A stretch of 64,000 nucleotides of DNA, taken from Longimicrobiales bacterium (GTDB lineage: Bacteria > Gemmatimonadota > Gemmatimonadetes > Longimicrobiales > Gaopeijiaceae). The first letter of the stretch is position 1; the number at the start of each line of letters is the position of its first letter. Made by a program: the position numbers and the translations under genes. The notes under the pieces are model-generated. The model was not told the origin of the DNA. It searched no databases and was given only the letters and a program-made list of their open reading frames with translations. The stretch is from assembly GCA_965248195.1 (NCBI GenBank), contig CBDFIQ010000002.1:2016001-2080000 (forward strand), read 5' to 3'. Positions 1 to 9,155 of the stretch are shown here, piece after piece.

Positions 1-1925
1 GTGTCCCCGTCCATGACGGACAGCTCATTCAAGCCGTGGGACTGGTAGTACGTCCCCCAGCTCGCCCGCAGCGTGGTATTCGTGGTCAATTCAAGGGCGG
101 CCTGGATCCTCGGCGAGATGTCGGAGTCCGAGGTGTGCGTGCGGCGGTCGTAACGGCCCCCGAGCTCGAGGACCAGTCGGTCGTGGGGCTGGAGCCGGGT
201 GGCGAGATAGGCGCCGGTCTCGGTGGATTCCGGCCGGAGGGAGACGCGGACGGAGTCGACGTCCATTCCCACCGTGCCGTCTCCTAAGTCGAACTCCTGG
301 CCGATCTCGCTGCGATAGTTGTAGCGAGACTTCGAGAATCGAAGCTGGCCACCGAACTTGAGCACGACCCTGTCGGCAGCGGCCCAGCGCCAGTCCTGTT
401 TCGCGGTCAAGAAGTCGAATGCGGCCCTGTCGCGCACTGTGACGGCATCCGCGATCTCCGAGGAGCCCGGTTCGAGATCGAACCCGCTGCGGTTTCGCGA
501 AAGAGAGGCGAAGGAGAGCGTCGTCGAAGCATCCATCGACGGCGCGAGCTGCCAGCCCCAGTTGAGCCAGGCGTTCGCATTCCGCCAGTCCGTGAGCAAC
601 TCGCCCTGTGACGCATTGTTGTTGAGCACGCTGAGGGCCCTGAGGTCGAGGTCGTCACCCGCGTAAAGCACGTGCGCAGAGAACCGATGGCGGGCACCGA
701 CCAGCAGCTCGACCTTCCCAAATGCGTCGAAGTAGCGGGGTGAGAGGTCCTCATTGTCGTTCCCGTCCTGAGCCATCGCCAAGAGGATGTCCAGGAATCC
801 CCGCCTACCCGAGACCATCCAGCCCCCCCGACCATCGTTGAAAGTCCCCTGTGAGCGTGCCGTGACATTGGAGATGCTGAACCCGATCGAGTTGCGTCTG
901 CCCTCGCCGATCGGCTGACGTGTCCGCATGTCGAGTAGGCCGGTCATACGGTCTCCGTATTGTGTCGGGAGTCCTCCGGCGATGAGGTCCAGACTACCCA
1001 AAGTCCGCACGTCCACAATTCCCATGACCGCGTCCAGATCCTTCATATGGTACGGCTCGAAGAGCTCGACACCGTCGAGCATGATCATCAGCTCGTTGGC
1101 GTTGCCCCCGCGCACGTTCATCTTGGCCGAGATGTCGCCGGTTGCCACACCCGGGATGCGCTCCATCATTCGGAAGACGTCTTCACCGAGTTGGGGCAGC
1201 GCTTGCATCTCGTCCTGTGTGAGCGTCTGTCGCATCAACGTGGCCTCGTCGCCTCCGATCCCGAAGGTGCCCGGGGCGACGACGATCTCGGCGAGAGCGA
1301 GAGGATCTCGCATCAGGCGGAGATCCAGAATCGTGGGACGGTCCAGGGTGACTTCGGTGCGACGGACCCCTTCGCTACTGAATCCGAGGGCGTCCACGTC
1401 CAGCGTATAAACTCCAGGTGGCACGGACGGGATGAGAAAGCGACCGTCGGGGTCCGTCAGCGTCGCGAGACGCAACTCGCGCACCGCCACCCGGGCCACA
1501 GCGATTGGATCGCCCGATTCGACTTCACGCACGAACCCCCCGACGATTCCGGTGGTACGCACGGGGGCTTCGGGCTCGTCCGCGCGTGTGACCAGGATCT
1601 GGTTGCGGCGCCCTGTGAAGATCAACCCCGTGCCCTCGAGAACGGTTTCGAGGGCCTCCTGTACCGTCTTGTCGATGCAGGAACAGGACACTCTGAGATT
1701 TGCTGGTATCGACTCGGAGCTGAAGGCGATCGGTACGGCGGAGCGGGCCTGCAGCCGCCTGAGGGCATCGATGATCGACACCCCCTCCACCTCCAGGTTC
1801 GCTCTCCGGGCCAGCAGTTCGGCGTCTCCACCGTTCTGAGCTCCGGCACCGGACGAGGATCCGCCCAGCGCGAACACCACCACAACTGCCACTAGGCCAC
1901 AGGCCCGACTCCTCAACCGTATCAT
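1..1925 (-). CDS. TonB-dependent receptor with N-terminal STN signalling domain and carboxypeptidase-regulatory-like domain (3' end runs off the window)
   Basis: Manual translation from ATG 1925 (GGAGG upstream): signal peptide, STN-like segment (VSIIDALRRLQ...TVQEALETVLEGTGL), TLTDPDGRFLIPSVPPGVYTL, plug motifs (IPGV...NVRGG...MLDGVEL). Lies after fecR. Confidence 0.9.
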   Translation of the reverse strand, partial: MIRLRSRACGLVAVVVVFALGGSSSGAGAQNGGDAELLARRANLEVEGVSIIDALRRLQARSAVPIAFSSESIPANLRVSCSCIDKTVQEALETVLEGTGLIFTGRRNQILVTRADEPEAPVRTTGIVGGFVREVESGDPIAVARVAVRELRLATLTDPDGRFLIPSVPPGVYTLDVDALGFSSEGVRRTEVTLDRPTILDLRLMRDPLALAEIVVAPGTFGIGGDEATLMRQTLTQDEMQALPQLGEDVFRMMERIPGVATGDISAKMNVRGGNANELMIMLDGVELFEPYHMKDLDAVMGIVDVRTLGSLDLIAGGLPTQYGDRMTGLLDMRTRQPIGEGRRNSIGFSISNVTARSQGTFNDGRGGWMVSGRRGFLDILLAMAQDGNDNEDLSPRYFDAFGKVELLVGARHRFSAHVLYAGDDLDLRALSVLNNNASQGELLTDWRNANAWLNWGWQLAPSMDASTTLSFASLSRNRSGFDLEPGSSEIADAVTVRDRAAFDFLTAKQDWRWAAADRVVLKFGGQLRFSKSRYNYRSEIGQEFDLGDGTVGMDVDSVRVSLRPESTETGAYLATRLQPHDRLVLELGGRYDRRTHTSDSDISPRIQAALELTTNTTLRASWGTYYQSHGLNELSVMDGD

Positions 1926-2003
1926 ATTCACCTCCCAGTTACCCCCATCATCCCTTGATATCCCCTCGTCATCTCGACTCCTGCTGTCCAACAACCGGGT
2001 CTC

Positions 2004-2990
2004 CTAGCCACCGATGATCACTCCGGCCGCGTCGACGTCACACTCCGCCTGCACCAACAGACAGATGGACTCGACCACCTCTGCGAGGCTTTCGTCCCCG
2101 AACCAGGCCGTGACGGTGCGGGCGCTCAGGGCGGCATCTTCCAGCTCGATGCTCACTCCGAAGTGGGCCGATACCTCCTCCACGACCTGGCGGAGGGGCG
2201 TGCTCTGGAAGAGCAGGACGCCCCCCGGCCAATCCAAAAGATCGTACACGTTCTCGACCGTCTCGACGCTGAAGTCGCCGTTGGTCCCCAAGCGGGCGAC
2301 CTGCCCACCGGACACTTCGGCTGCGCGCCCGCTCGTGGCGGTGACGGCTACCCGCCCCTCCACCACGATCAACCTCAACTCCGTGGTGCCACTCGCCACC
2401 TCGAATCGTGTTCCCAACACTCGCGCCTCGCCGAGGTCGGTGTGGATCAGAAAGGGCCGCTCGGCGTCGGATTCCACTGCGAAGAAGCCGCGCCCGCTCA
2501 GCCAGGCCTCTCTGAGCTCGGCCCGCTCTGCGAAGCGCAGGCGACTCCCCGGGGCGAGGCGGACGAAGCTTCCATCGACGAGAGCCACGGTTGACGCCGC
2601 CGCGCTCAGCGCGGCGTATTCCGTACCGATGACCTCCTCTGGGGCGGGGCCCAGCCGACCGATCCACACTCCCAGACTCACGGCGGCGATCACCGCCGCA
2701 GCGGCCCAAGGCCGAATCTCCTTGCGCCCGAGTCCCCGGGCGAAGCGGAGACGTACGTCTTGTCGCCCGAGCGCGTCCCCCTGGCTCACGATGGTCTCGA
2801 GCGAGGGCGGGGGCGGAGGCGACTCAACATCGTTCGCCGGGGCGGTAGTCCCGGTCCAATCCCAGATGGCCGAGACCTCCCTGAAGTGCTGCTCGTTCTG
2901 AGAAGACTCGGAACGCCAGCTCGCCAAGCGTCGCTCTTCGATCGGCTCGGCTTTTCCGCTCAGGACCCGGATGATGATGATGTCGTCCAT
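2004..2990 (-). CDS. FecR-family anti-sigma/transmembrane sensor
   Basis: LVDGSFVRLAPGS, ARVLGTRFEV, VVEGRV and C-terminal FQSTPLRQVVEEV motifs; central TM segment. Confidence 0.93.
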   Translation of the reverse strand: MDDIIIIRVLSGKAEPIEERRLASWRSESSQNEQHFREVSAIWDWTGTTAPANDVESPPPPPSLETIVSQGDALGRQDVRLRFARGLGRKEIRPWAAAAVIAAVSLGVWIGRLGPAPEEVIGTEYAALSAAASTVALVDGSFVRLAPGSRLRFAERAELREAWLSGRGFFAVESDAERPFLIHTDLGEARVLGTRFEVASGTTELRLIVVEGRVAVTATSGRAAEVSGGQVARLGTNGDFSVETVENVYDLLDWPGGVLLFQSTPLRQVVEEVSAHFGVSIELEDAALSARTVTAWFGDESLAEVVESICLLVQAECDVDAAGVIIGG

Positions 2991-3038
2991 AGTTATCCTC
3001 CGCGCCTAGTGGCCGGATGTATTCGGTGAAGGCACGTC

Positions 3039-3635
3039 CTATGCTCCGCCTTCATTGCTGGTGCGATCGTCGTCCTGGGCCTCGGCCTCCACAGCCGGCT
3101 CCGGCAGGAAGGGCCGAAGCATGACTCTCAGATCGCTGAGGGCCAGGCTCATGTGGTTGGCCACCGTCTGTCTCGATATTTCCATGATCTCGGCAATTTC
3201 TTCGTATGAGAACCCACCCTCACGAACCAACCTGAAGATCTCCCGGCGACGCGGAGGGAGAGCCCGTACAGCCTTGGAGACCGCCTGCTTCAGCTCGGAC
3301 AGCTCGACGTCCCGATCGGGAGCGCCTTCACCGGCGAGCATGTCGGGGTCCTCCTGTTGGGCCGCATGGCGGGGCGACTTGAGCACGTCCAGTGCCGCGT
3401 TCCTGGCGATGCGGTGAATCAAAGCTCCCAACGAGCCGCCGCTCGACCACTTCTTCCTCCGAGCCCAGAGGCGTACGAAAACGTCCTGGGCCACGTCCTC
3501 GGCCTTGTCCCAACTTCCCAGCATCCCGAAAACGTAGCGCACGACCGGCGTCCAATGCTGAGCCAGGAGCGCCGACATGGCCTGTTCGTCCCCCGCTTGG
3601 AGGCGTCGCATGAGTGTTGGGTCGTCGTGTGTCAT
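3039..3635 (-). CDS. ECF sigma-70 factor (FecI-like); start approximate
   Basis: AEDVAQDVFVRLW (region 2) and LPPRRREIFRLVREGGFSYEEIAEIMEISRQTV (region 4). Confidence 0.93.
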   Translation of the reverse strand: MTHDDPTLMRRLQAGDEQAMSALLAQHWTPVVRYVFGMLGSWDKAEDVAQDVFVRLWARRKKWSSGGSLGALIHRIARNAALDVLKSPRHAAQQEDPDMLAGEGAPDRDVELSELKQAVSKAVRALPPRRREIFRLVREGGFSYEEIAEIMEISRQTVANHMSLALSDLRVMLRPFLPEPAVEAEAQDDDRTSNEGGA

Positions 3636-4384
3636 CACATGGTCAACGACTGAGGCCACCGATAGTACCAATGGCGCTCGTCCATGATCGGCGTGACCCC
3701 GCGAAGAGCGGGCTCAGCTGACAATCCGGGCTCCACTGACAATACCGCTGAGGGGGCCCCACGGACATCGGATTGGTAGTCGTCGGGAGCGCAATCGTTA
3801 GCAGGTATATGACTACGCGCACGGGCTCGGTGAGCCAGGCGTATACGGAAAGTGTCTTTCCCAAGTCGGGAGCTGAACGGGACACACCATTTTCCATGGG
3901 GGACGGAATCGTGAAGACGGAGAAACAGAACCGGCGCTGGGCGGTACTCGCCAGCACCGTAATGGCAGTGGGCGCCTGTGACTCGCCGGTGGGCGTCGGC
4001 GACAACAGTCGCATCGACGTGTTCGGCTCGGGGACGGTCGTCACGGAGGCCCGCACGGTGGGGAGCTTCACCGGCGTCCACGCCAGTCGTGGGCACACGG
4101 TCGTGGTAGAACAAGCGGAGGTCGAGGGAGTCGTGATCACCACCGACGACAATCTGCTCGCTTTCGTCGACACCGACGTCATCGACGGCACGCTCGTGGT
4201 TACCGTGGATGAGGACGTGGAACTGCACCCGACCGAGCCACTCGTCGTGCGGATTCAGGCAGGCGAGCTGTCGACACTGATCGCGGACGGAGTCACCTCC
4301 CTCGACGCCGACATCGGATCGGTGCCCAAGTTGAGCGTCCACGTCAGCGGCGTCTCGCAGGTGCGTGTGACCGGATCGGCGGAG

Positions 4385-5760
4385 GGTCAAGTCCCGATTT
4401 GTGTGTAAAAGCGGAGGAAGCTCCTCGCCTTCGGCTAGGCTGCTTGGGCGACCTCCTGTTTCTGGAGGAGTGAGAGGTCGAGGTAACGCCGGTCGCCCCA
4501 GACGTGTGTGGTCCTGAGTGCGACGGCCGTGATGAGCCTGAGGGCGCTGGCCCGGTCCGGGAAGGCGCCGGCGGCCTTGATCCTGCGTTTGATCTCGCCG
4601 TGCAGCCGCTCGAGGCTGTTGGTGGTACGCAGCCGGGGCCAGTGCGCCTCGGGGAACGCGTAGAACTGCGTCGCTGCCCCGAAGCCCCGCTCCAGGACCT
4701 CCACGGCCTCGGGCAGCTCCTTCTTCCAGCGTGCGCCGAACTCGCCCAGGAGCTTCTTCGCCTCGGCGAGTCCGGATGTCTGGAAGATCACCGAGACCTC
4801 ACGCGCCACGCGCTTGCGTAGGCGGTGGGGGACCCTCGCCCCCACATTACGCTGCAGATGGACCGTACACCTCTGACGGCGTGCCTCGGGCAGGAAGCGG
4901 CGGACCGCAGCTGCCAGGCCTGCGTGCTCATCGGCGATCACGAGCTCGACACCGCCGAGGCCGCGGTCCTGGAGTTGCTCGAGGAGCTCCGACCAGCTCT
5001 GCTGCGACTCCTCAGCGCCCAGCGTGACGGCCAGGAGCCGTCGGTGACCCTCAGGGCCCACTGCATACGCCACGAGCGCACTCACGTTCTCGACTTTGCG
5101 GGCCCAGCGGGCGTCCAAGAACGTGGCGTCCAGGTACAGATAGGGGTGAGGCCCCTCGATCGGCGCACGGCGCAGCCCTTCCACGGCCTCGTCGAGCCGT
5201 TTTGCCACACGACTCACCGTCGAGCGCCCAACACGCTCGCCCATCAGCGCCTCGGTGACGTCGCCCATCTTGCGCTGTGACACGCCGCTCACATACGCCT
5301 CGACCATCATCTCGTCGAGCTCGGGGCTCCTGCGCTGGTAGCGGCCGATCACGTCGGCCGGCGAACCGTTGTCCCGGCTCCGGGGCATGGCGACCTCGAT
5401 CTGCCCCAGGCTCGTCAGCAGCCGCCTCAGGTATGTGCCGTTCCTATGGTCCTTCCGGCTTCCCACCCGCTCGAAGCGGCGTGCACCTACCATGGCCTTC
5501 AGCTCCTCTTCCAGCACCATCTCGAGCGTCAGCCGGATCGCGCCTTGAAACAGCTCGCGCAAATCATCGCGTAGCTCGTCTTGCGTGGCCCGACCGATCT
5601 CCACAATCTCTTGCATCGGAAGCTCCTCTCCGGTTCCGAGCCTGCTCTGCAGACCCGGACTCCCGGGTTCATGTGACAGTGAACAACAACAGAGGAGCTT
5701 CCGTTTTTCTTTCCCTCCTGTCCAGCTTATCCGCTTTTACACAAATCTAGGGACACTACC
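4385..5760 (-). mobile_element. IS256-family element, copy 1, with 9-bp TSD TCGGCGGAG
   Basis: Imperfect terminal inverted repeats (GGTCAAGTCCC...TGTGTAAAAGCGGA versus TCCGCTTTTACACA...GGGACACTACC); TSD at 4376-4384 and 5761-5769. Confidence 0.95.
4435..5616 (-). CDS. IS256 (Mutator-like DDE) transposase
   Basis: YLDATF, VIADEH, QRCTVH, RTTNSLERLHGEIKRR motifs. Confidence 0.96.
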   Translation of the reverse strand: MQEIVEIGRATQDELRDDLRELFQGAIRLTLEMVLEEELKAMVGARRFERVGSRKDHRNGTYLRRLLTSLGQIEVAMPRSRDNGSPADVIGRYQRRSPELDEMMVEAYVSGVSQRKMGDVTEALMGERVGRSTVSRVAKRLDEAVEGLRRAPIEGPHPYLYLDATFLDARWARKVENVSALVAYAVGPEGHRRLLAVTLGAEESQQSWSELLEQLQDRGLGGVELVIADEHAGLAAAVRRFLPEARRQRCTVHLQRNVGARVPHRLRKRVAREVSVIFQTSGLAEAKKLLGEFGARWKKELPEAVEVLERGFGAATQFYAFPEAHWPRLRTTNSLERLHGEIKRRIKAAGAFPDRASALRLITAVALRTTHVWGDRRYLDLSLLQKQEVAQAA

Positions 5761-6101
5761 TCGGCGGAGCGGCAGGTTCTCCAGATCAGTGGTGTCAGCG
5801 TGTACCACGGGCTCGGTGTCGAGAGCAACGAAGCCGTGGTCACGGCGTCCGGCGTGAGCGTGGCCGACCTCTGGGTGCACGACCGACTCGAGGTGGATGG
5901 GAGCGGTGTGTCCACCGTCCGCTATCGCGGGCGCCCGAGCGTGATCGCACGGGTTACAGGAGCATCGAGGGTGGTGCCGGTTCCCTGAGGCGAAGCTCCT
6001 AGCTAGGAGGAATGACGGGGACTGCGCCTAGCACCTACCCATAACCCATAACGTTCAGCTCCGGAACCTGTCAACGACAATGGGACACTCTACGGGATTA
6101 A

Positions 6102-7109
6102 TTAGAGAGCAATATCCTGTGTGGTGAGGGAAGGGATGGGAGGATTGATGTAGACGGCCTCCGGGAGCGGTTTGGGCTTCGGCACACCTGTGACGAAGCG
6201 TTCGGGATGAGCGGCCCATGCTTCGCGGAGCACGGATTTCCTGCCGGCAATGACCTGATCGGCGTTCCCGAAGTGGACCTGCTCGGGGGTTAGCATCGAG
6301 ATACCGCCATGGCGGTGCTCGGCATTGTACCAGCGGAAGAACGATCGACACAACGTCTTGGCCTGGCCCTGATCCCCGAACCGCCCGGGAAACGAGGGAT
6401 GGTACTTCAAGGTTTTGAACTGAGCCTCGGAAAACGGGTTGTCATCCGACACCTGAGGCCGGCTCAACGAGCGAGTCACGCCGAGGTCAGCGAGAAGTTG
6501 AGCGGTGCATTGGCTCGTCATTGGAGCTCCCCGATCCGAGTGCAGGGTCAGGACCCGGGGCTGGACGCCATGCTTCAGGCAGCTCTGCTGGATCAACCGG
6601 CCGGCCAGGGCCGAGTTCTCCCGGTCCGCCACCATCCAGCCCACGACGTAGCGGCTGTAGATGTCCATGATGACGTAGAGGTAGTAATAGCTCCACTTCT
6701 TCGGCCCGAGTAGCCGCGTGATATCCCAGGACCACACCTGGTTCGGCGCCGTGGCCATCAACTCGGGCTTCTTGTACTCGGGATGGGTGCGCTGCGCCCG
6801 GCGTTCCTGAACCGGCACCTCGGAGGCCAGAACACGATACATCGTGCGTTCGCTGCACAGGTAGACCTCTTCGTCGAGCAGCGTGGCCACCACCTCGGCG
6901 GGTGAGCGGTCCACGAACCGCTCCGAACACAGCGTGTCGAAGACCTCGCCTCGTTCCGTCTCGCTCAATGCCCGGGCGGGCGTCGGGCGGGGCTGCCGTT
7001 GCCCGGTCGATGGGCCTCGACGACGGTAGAACGTCGATCGGGAGACCTCGAGAGCCGCGCACGCCGGTTTTACACCGACGTGCTTAGCCAGCTCATCGGC
7101 CGCCTTCAA
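6102..7109 (-). CDS. IS3-family transposase OrfB (DDE integrase core)
   Basis: PNQVWSWDIT, DIYSRYVVGW, LHSDRG, DNPFSEAQFKTLK. Confidence 0.94.
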   Translation of the reverse strand: MKAADELAKHVGVKPACAALEVSRSTFYRRRGPSTGQRQPRPTPARALSETERGEVFDTLCSERFVDRSPAEVVATLLDEEVYLCSERTMYRVLASEVPVQERRAQRTHPEYKKPELMATAPNQVWSWDITRLLGPKKWSYYYLYVIMDIYSRYVVGWMVADRENSALAGRLIQQSCLKHGVQPRVLTLHSDRGAPMTSQCTAQLLADLGVTRSLSRPQVSDDNPFSEAQFKTLKYHPSFPGRFGDQGQAKTLCRSFFRWYNAEHRHGGISMLTPEQVHFGNADQVIAGRKSVLREAWAAHPERFVTGVPKPKPLPEAVYINPPIPSLTTQDIAL

Positions 7110-7555
7110 GAGTTCGTCCCGTCGTCGAGGCTTATCCCCAGCAGCCCCGCAACTTTTCCCTGCACGTCGATGATCAGGTGTGCCTTCCTGAGCTCATTCT
7201 CGAGCCGTGCGTTTTGCCGCTCCAGCTTGCGTACCTTCTCATCCAGCGGATTCCGCTCCGGCTTGCGGCCGCGTTTCTTCGACAGGGCCTTCAGCGACCC
7301 GCTATGCGCCGCCTTGCGCCACGTCGTCAGGTGCGACGAGTACAGGCCCTCGCGCCGCAGGAGCTGACCCACCTCGCCGGGCTCGGTGCACCGGTCCGCT
7401 TCTTCGACGATCCGCAGCTTGTACGATGGACTGAACCGCCGGCGTAGCGGCCTATCTACTACCTCCGGGTCCGCAGGAGCTGCCGCGCTTCGCTTGGCCT
7501 CCCCGATTCCAGGGGCACTACCATTCTCTTCCATTCTCTCTCGCAGTCCCAACAT
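7106..7555 (-). CDS. IS3-family transposase OrfA (HTH)
   Basis: RRRFSPSYKLRIVEEAD...LLRREGLYSSHLTTWR plus coiled coil; 4-nt overlap with orfB. Confidence 0.88.
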   Translation of the reverse strand: MLGLRERMEENGSAPGIGEAKRSAAAPADPEVVDRPLRRRFSPSYKLRIVEEADRCTEPGEVGQLLRREGLYSSHLTTWRKAAHSGSLKALSKKRGRKPERNPLDEKVRKLERQNARLENELRKAHLIIDVQGKVAGLLGISLDDGTNS

Positions 7556-7886
7556 GTTCGTTTTCTCTGCCTTCGCCCTACTCTAATTCTTTGCGTGCTC
7601 CGTGTCTCACGTACGTTGGCAGAGAGGGCTCCGGCACACGCGCAAAGTACTTTTCATTCCGCGTGACTACAGGCATTCCGAAAGCCAGAGCCGTCGCGGC
7701 AATCCAGAGGTCGTTCGCGTCGATCAGCAGGCCGTTTTCTCTCAGGTATCGATACAGGCGACCGTAGCGCCACGAAACCTCGGCCGTACATGGGATCACC
7801 TCTTCAGACTCAAGTACTTCCCGTTCCTTGCCGGGCTCTACCCGGTTCGTACCCGTCCGTCTGGTGAACGCGAGTCCGAGCGTCGA

Positions 7887-7924
7887 TCGAGACGGTGTCA
7901 GGCGTCACTCGAGACGGGGTCAGG
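7887..7924. repeat. 16-bp direct repeat TCGAGACGG(T/G)GTCAGG x2, 22-bp period
   Basis: Copies at 7887-7902 and 7909-7924. Confidence 0.8.
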
Positions 7925-7988
7925 GGACCGTTGGCGTGTGCTTCGGTGTTCACGGATGAGCCGACGGTCCCGACACAAATAAGCGAGG

Positions 7989-9122
7989 GTGACGATGCGA
8001 GCCGAAACTACCCATGGGGTGGCCCTGACTTTAATCGTTGTGCTGTCCGCAGCTTGCTCTGCCCCCACCGAGGGAACCGGGCAGACCACCAATGACGATC
8101 CACAGGCCTTCGTGCAGGTGCCTCAGGGTTTTGTGGTGTCGATCTTCGCCGAAGGGCTGTCGGGCGTCCGCATGCTCGAGCTGGGTCCCGATGACCGACT
8201 CTATGCCGTGCGCTCATCGGCCGGGGAGGTCGTTCGCTTCGATCTCAACGCGGATGGAACCGCCGATGGCGGTCCGGCGGTCGTCGTGTCGGGACTCGCT
8301 CAGCCCTTCGGGCTTGGGTTCCGCGACGGAGACCTCTACGTCGGCGAGACCCACCAGGTCATCCGCTTGGCGGGGCCGGGGTTCACGCAAGAGACGGTCA
8401 TCGTGCCGGGGCTTCCCACGGGAGGGCACTGGACCCGGGAGATCGAGTTCGGTCCCGACGGTCAGCTGTACGTTTCGGTGGGTTCGAGCTGCAACCTCTG
8501 CGAGGAGGGTGACGCACGCCGCGCTGCTGTCGTACGCTACGCACCTGACGGGTCCGGCGAAGAGATCGTCGGCGCGGGACTTCGGAACACCGTCGGGTTG
8601 GCGTTTCACCCTGAGACCGGGGCGCTTTGGGCGAGTCAGAACGAGCGAGACCGTCTCGGGGACGACGTTCCCGCCGAGGAGCTGAACATCCTGACGCTGG
8701 GCGGCGCCGTCGAGCACTTCGGATGGCCGTACTGTTACGAGAACCGTGTACCGAATCCCGAATACGCGGACGTGCAGCGGTGTGTGAACACCGTAACCCC
8801 GGCGTTGGAGATGCAGGCGCACTCCGCGCCGCTCGGCATGGTCTTCTATGACGGGGACCAGTTTCCGGCGGAGTACCGGGGCGACCTGTTCCTCGCCTTC
8901 CATGGCTCCTGGAATCGCTCCGAGCCGACGGGATACAAGGTCGTGAGGGTCCGGGTCCAGAATGGCCAGCCGGTCTCATACGAGGACTTCGCGGCCGGCT
9001 GGCTTACCGCGGGTGGGGCCGTGCTGGGTCGACCGGTGGCGGTCGAGGTCGGGCCTGATGGGAGCCTGTACGTGTCGGATGATGGGGCGGGTCGCATTTG
9101 GCGGGTGCGCTGGGTGGGGTAG
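7989..9122 (+). CDS. PQQ-dependent sugar/sorbosone dehydrogenase family lipoprotein
   Basis: Lipobox LSAAC; GGHWTR, SVGSSCN, GLRNTVG, AHSAPLG, HGSWNR motifs. Confidence 0.92.
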   Translation: MTMRAETTHGVALTLIVVLSAACSAPTEGTGQTTNDDPQAFVQVPQGFVVSIFAEGLSGVRMLELGPDDRLYAVRSSAGEVVRFDLNADGTADGGPAVVVSGLAQPFGLGFRDGDLYVGETHQVIRLAGPGFTQETVIVPGLPTGGHWTREIEFGPDGQLYVSVGSSCNLCEEGDARRAAVVRYAPDGSGEEIVGAGLRNTVGLAFHPETGALWASQNERDRLGDDVPAEELNILTLGGAVEHFGWPYCYENRVPNPEYADVQRCVNTVTPALEMQAHSAPLGMVFYDGDQFPAEYRGDLFLAFHGSWNRSEPTGYKVVRVRVQNGQPVSYEDFAAGWLTAGGAVLGRPVAVEVGPDGSLYVSDDGAGRIWRVRWVG

Positions 9123-9155
9123 TCCCCCGGAAAATGAGAGGAGCCGCTCGGACCC

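Larger units (their letters stand above)
3911..5988 (+). pseudogene. DUF2807/GIN-domain lipoprotein split by IS256
   Basis: Lipobox AVGAC, GSGTVVTEAR, ITTDDNLL, repeated SGVS motifs. Removing the IS and one TSD copy rejoins VTGSAE/RQVLQISGVS in frame. Confidence 0.88.
6069..7621 (-). mobile_element. IS3-family element
   Basis: TG...CA ends with imperfect inverted repeats (TGTCAACGACAATGGGACAC / TGCCAACGTACGTGAGACAC); orfA plus orfB; no clean TSD. Confidence 0.88.
6035..7799 (-). pseudogene. vapC: VapC/PIN toxin remnants on both sides of the IS3 (5' part missing)
   Basis: 7799-7622 encodes ...IDANDLWIAATALAFGMPVVTRNEKYFARVPE; 6067-6035 encodes VPELNVMGYG*. Confidence 0.75.

Noticed and set aside
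960..1895. Long plus-strand ORFs here and opposite core genes (for example 40572-41738, 53106-54137, 59874-60962)
   Set aside because: Antisense shadows typical of high-GC coding DNA; no motifs.
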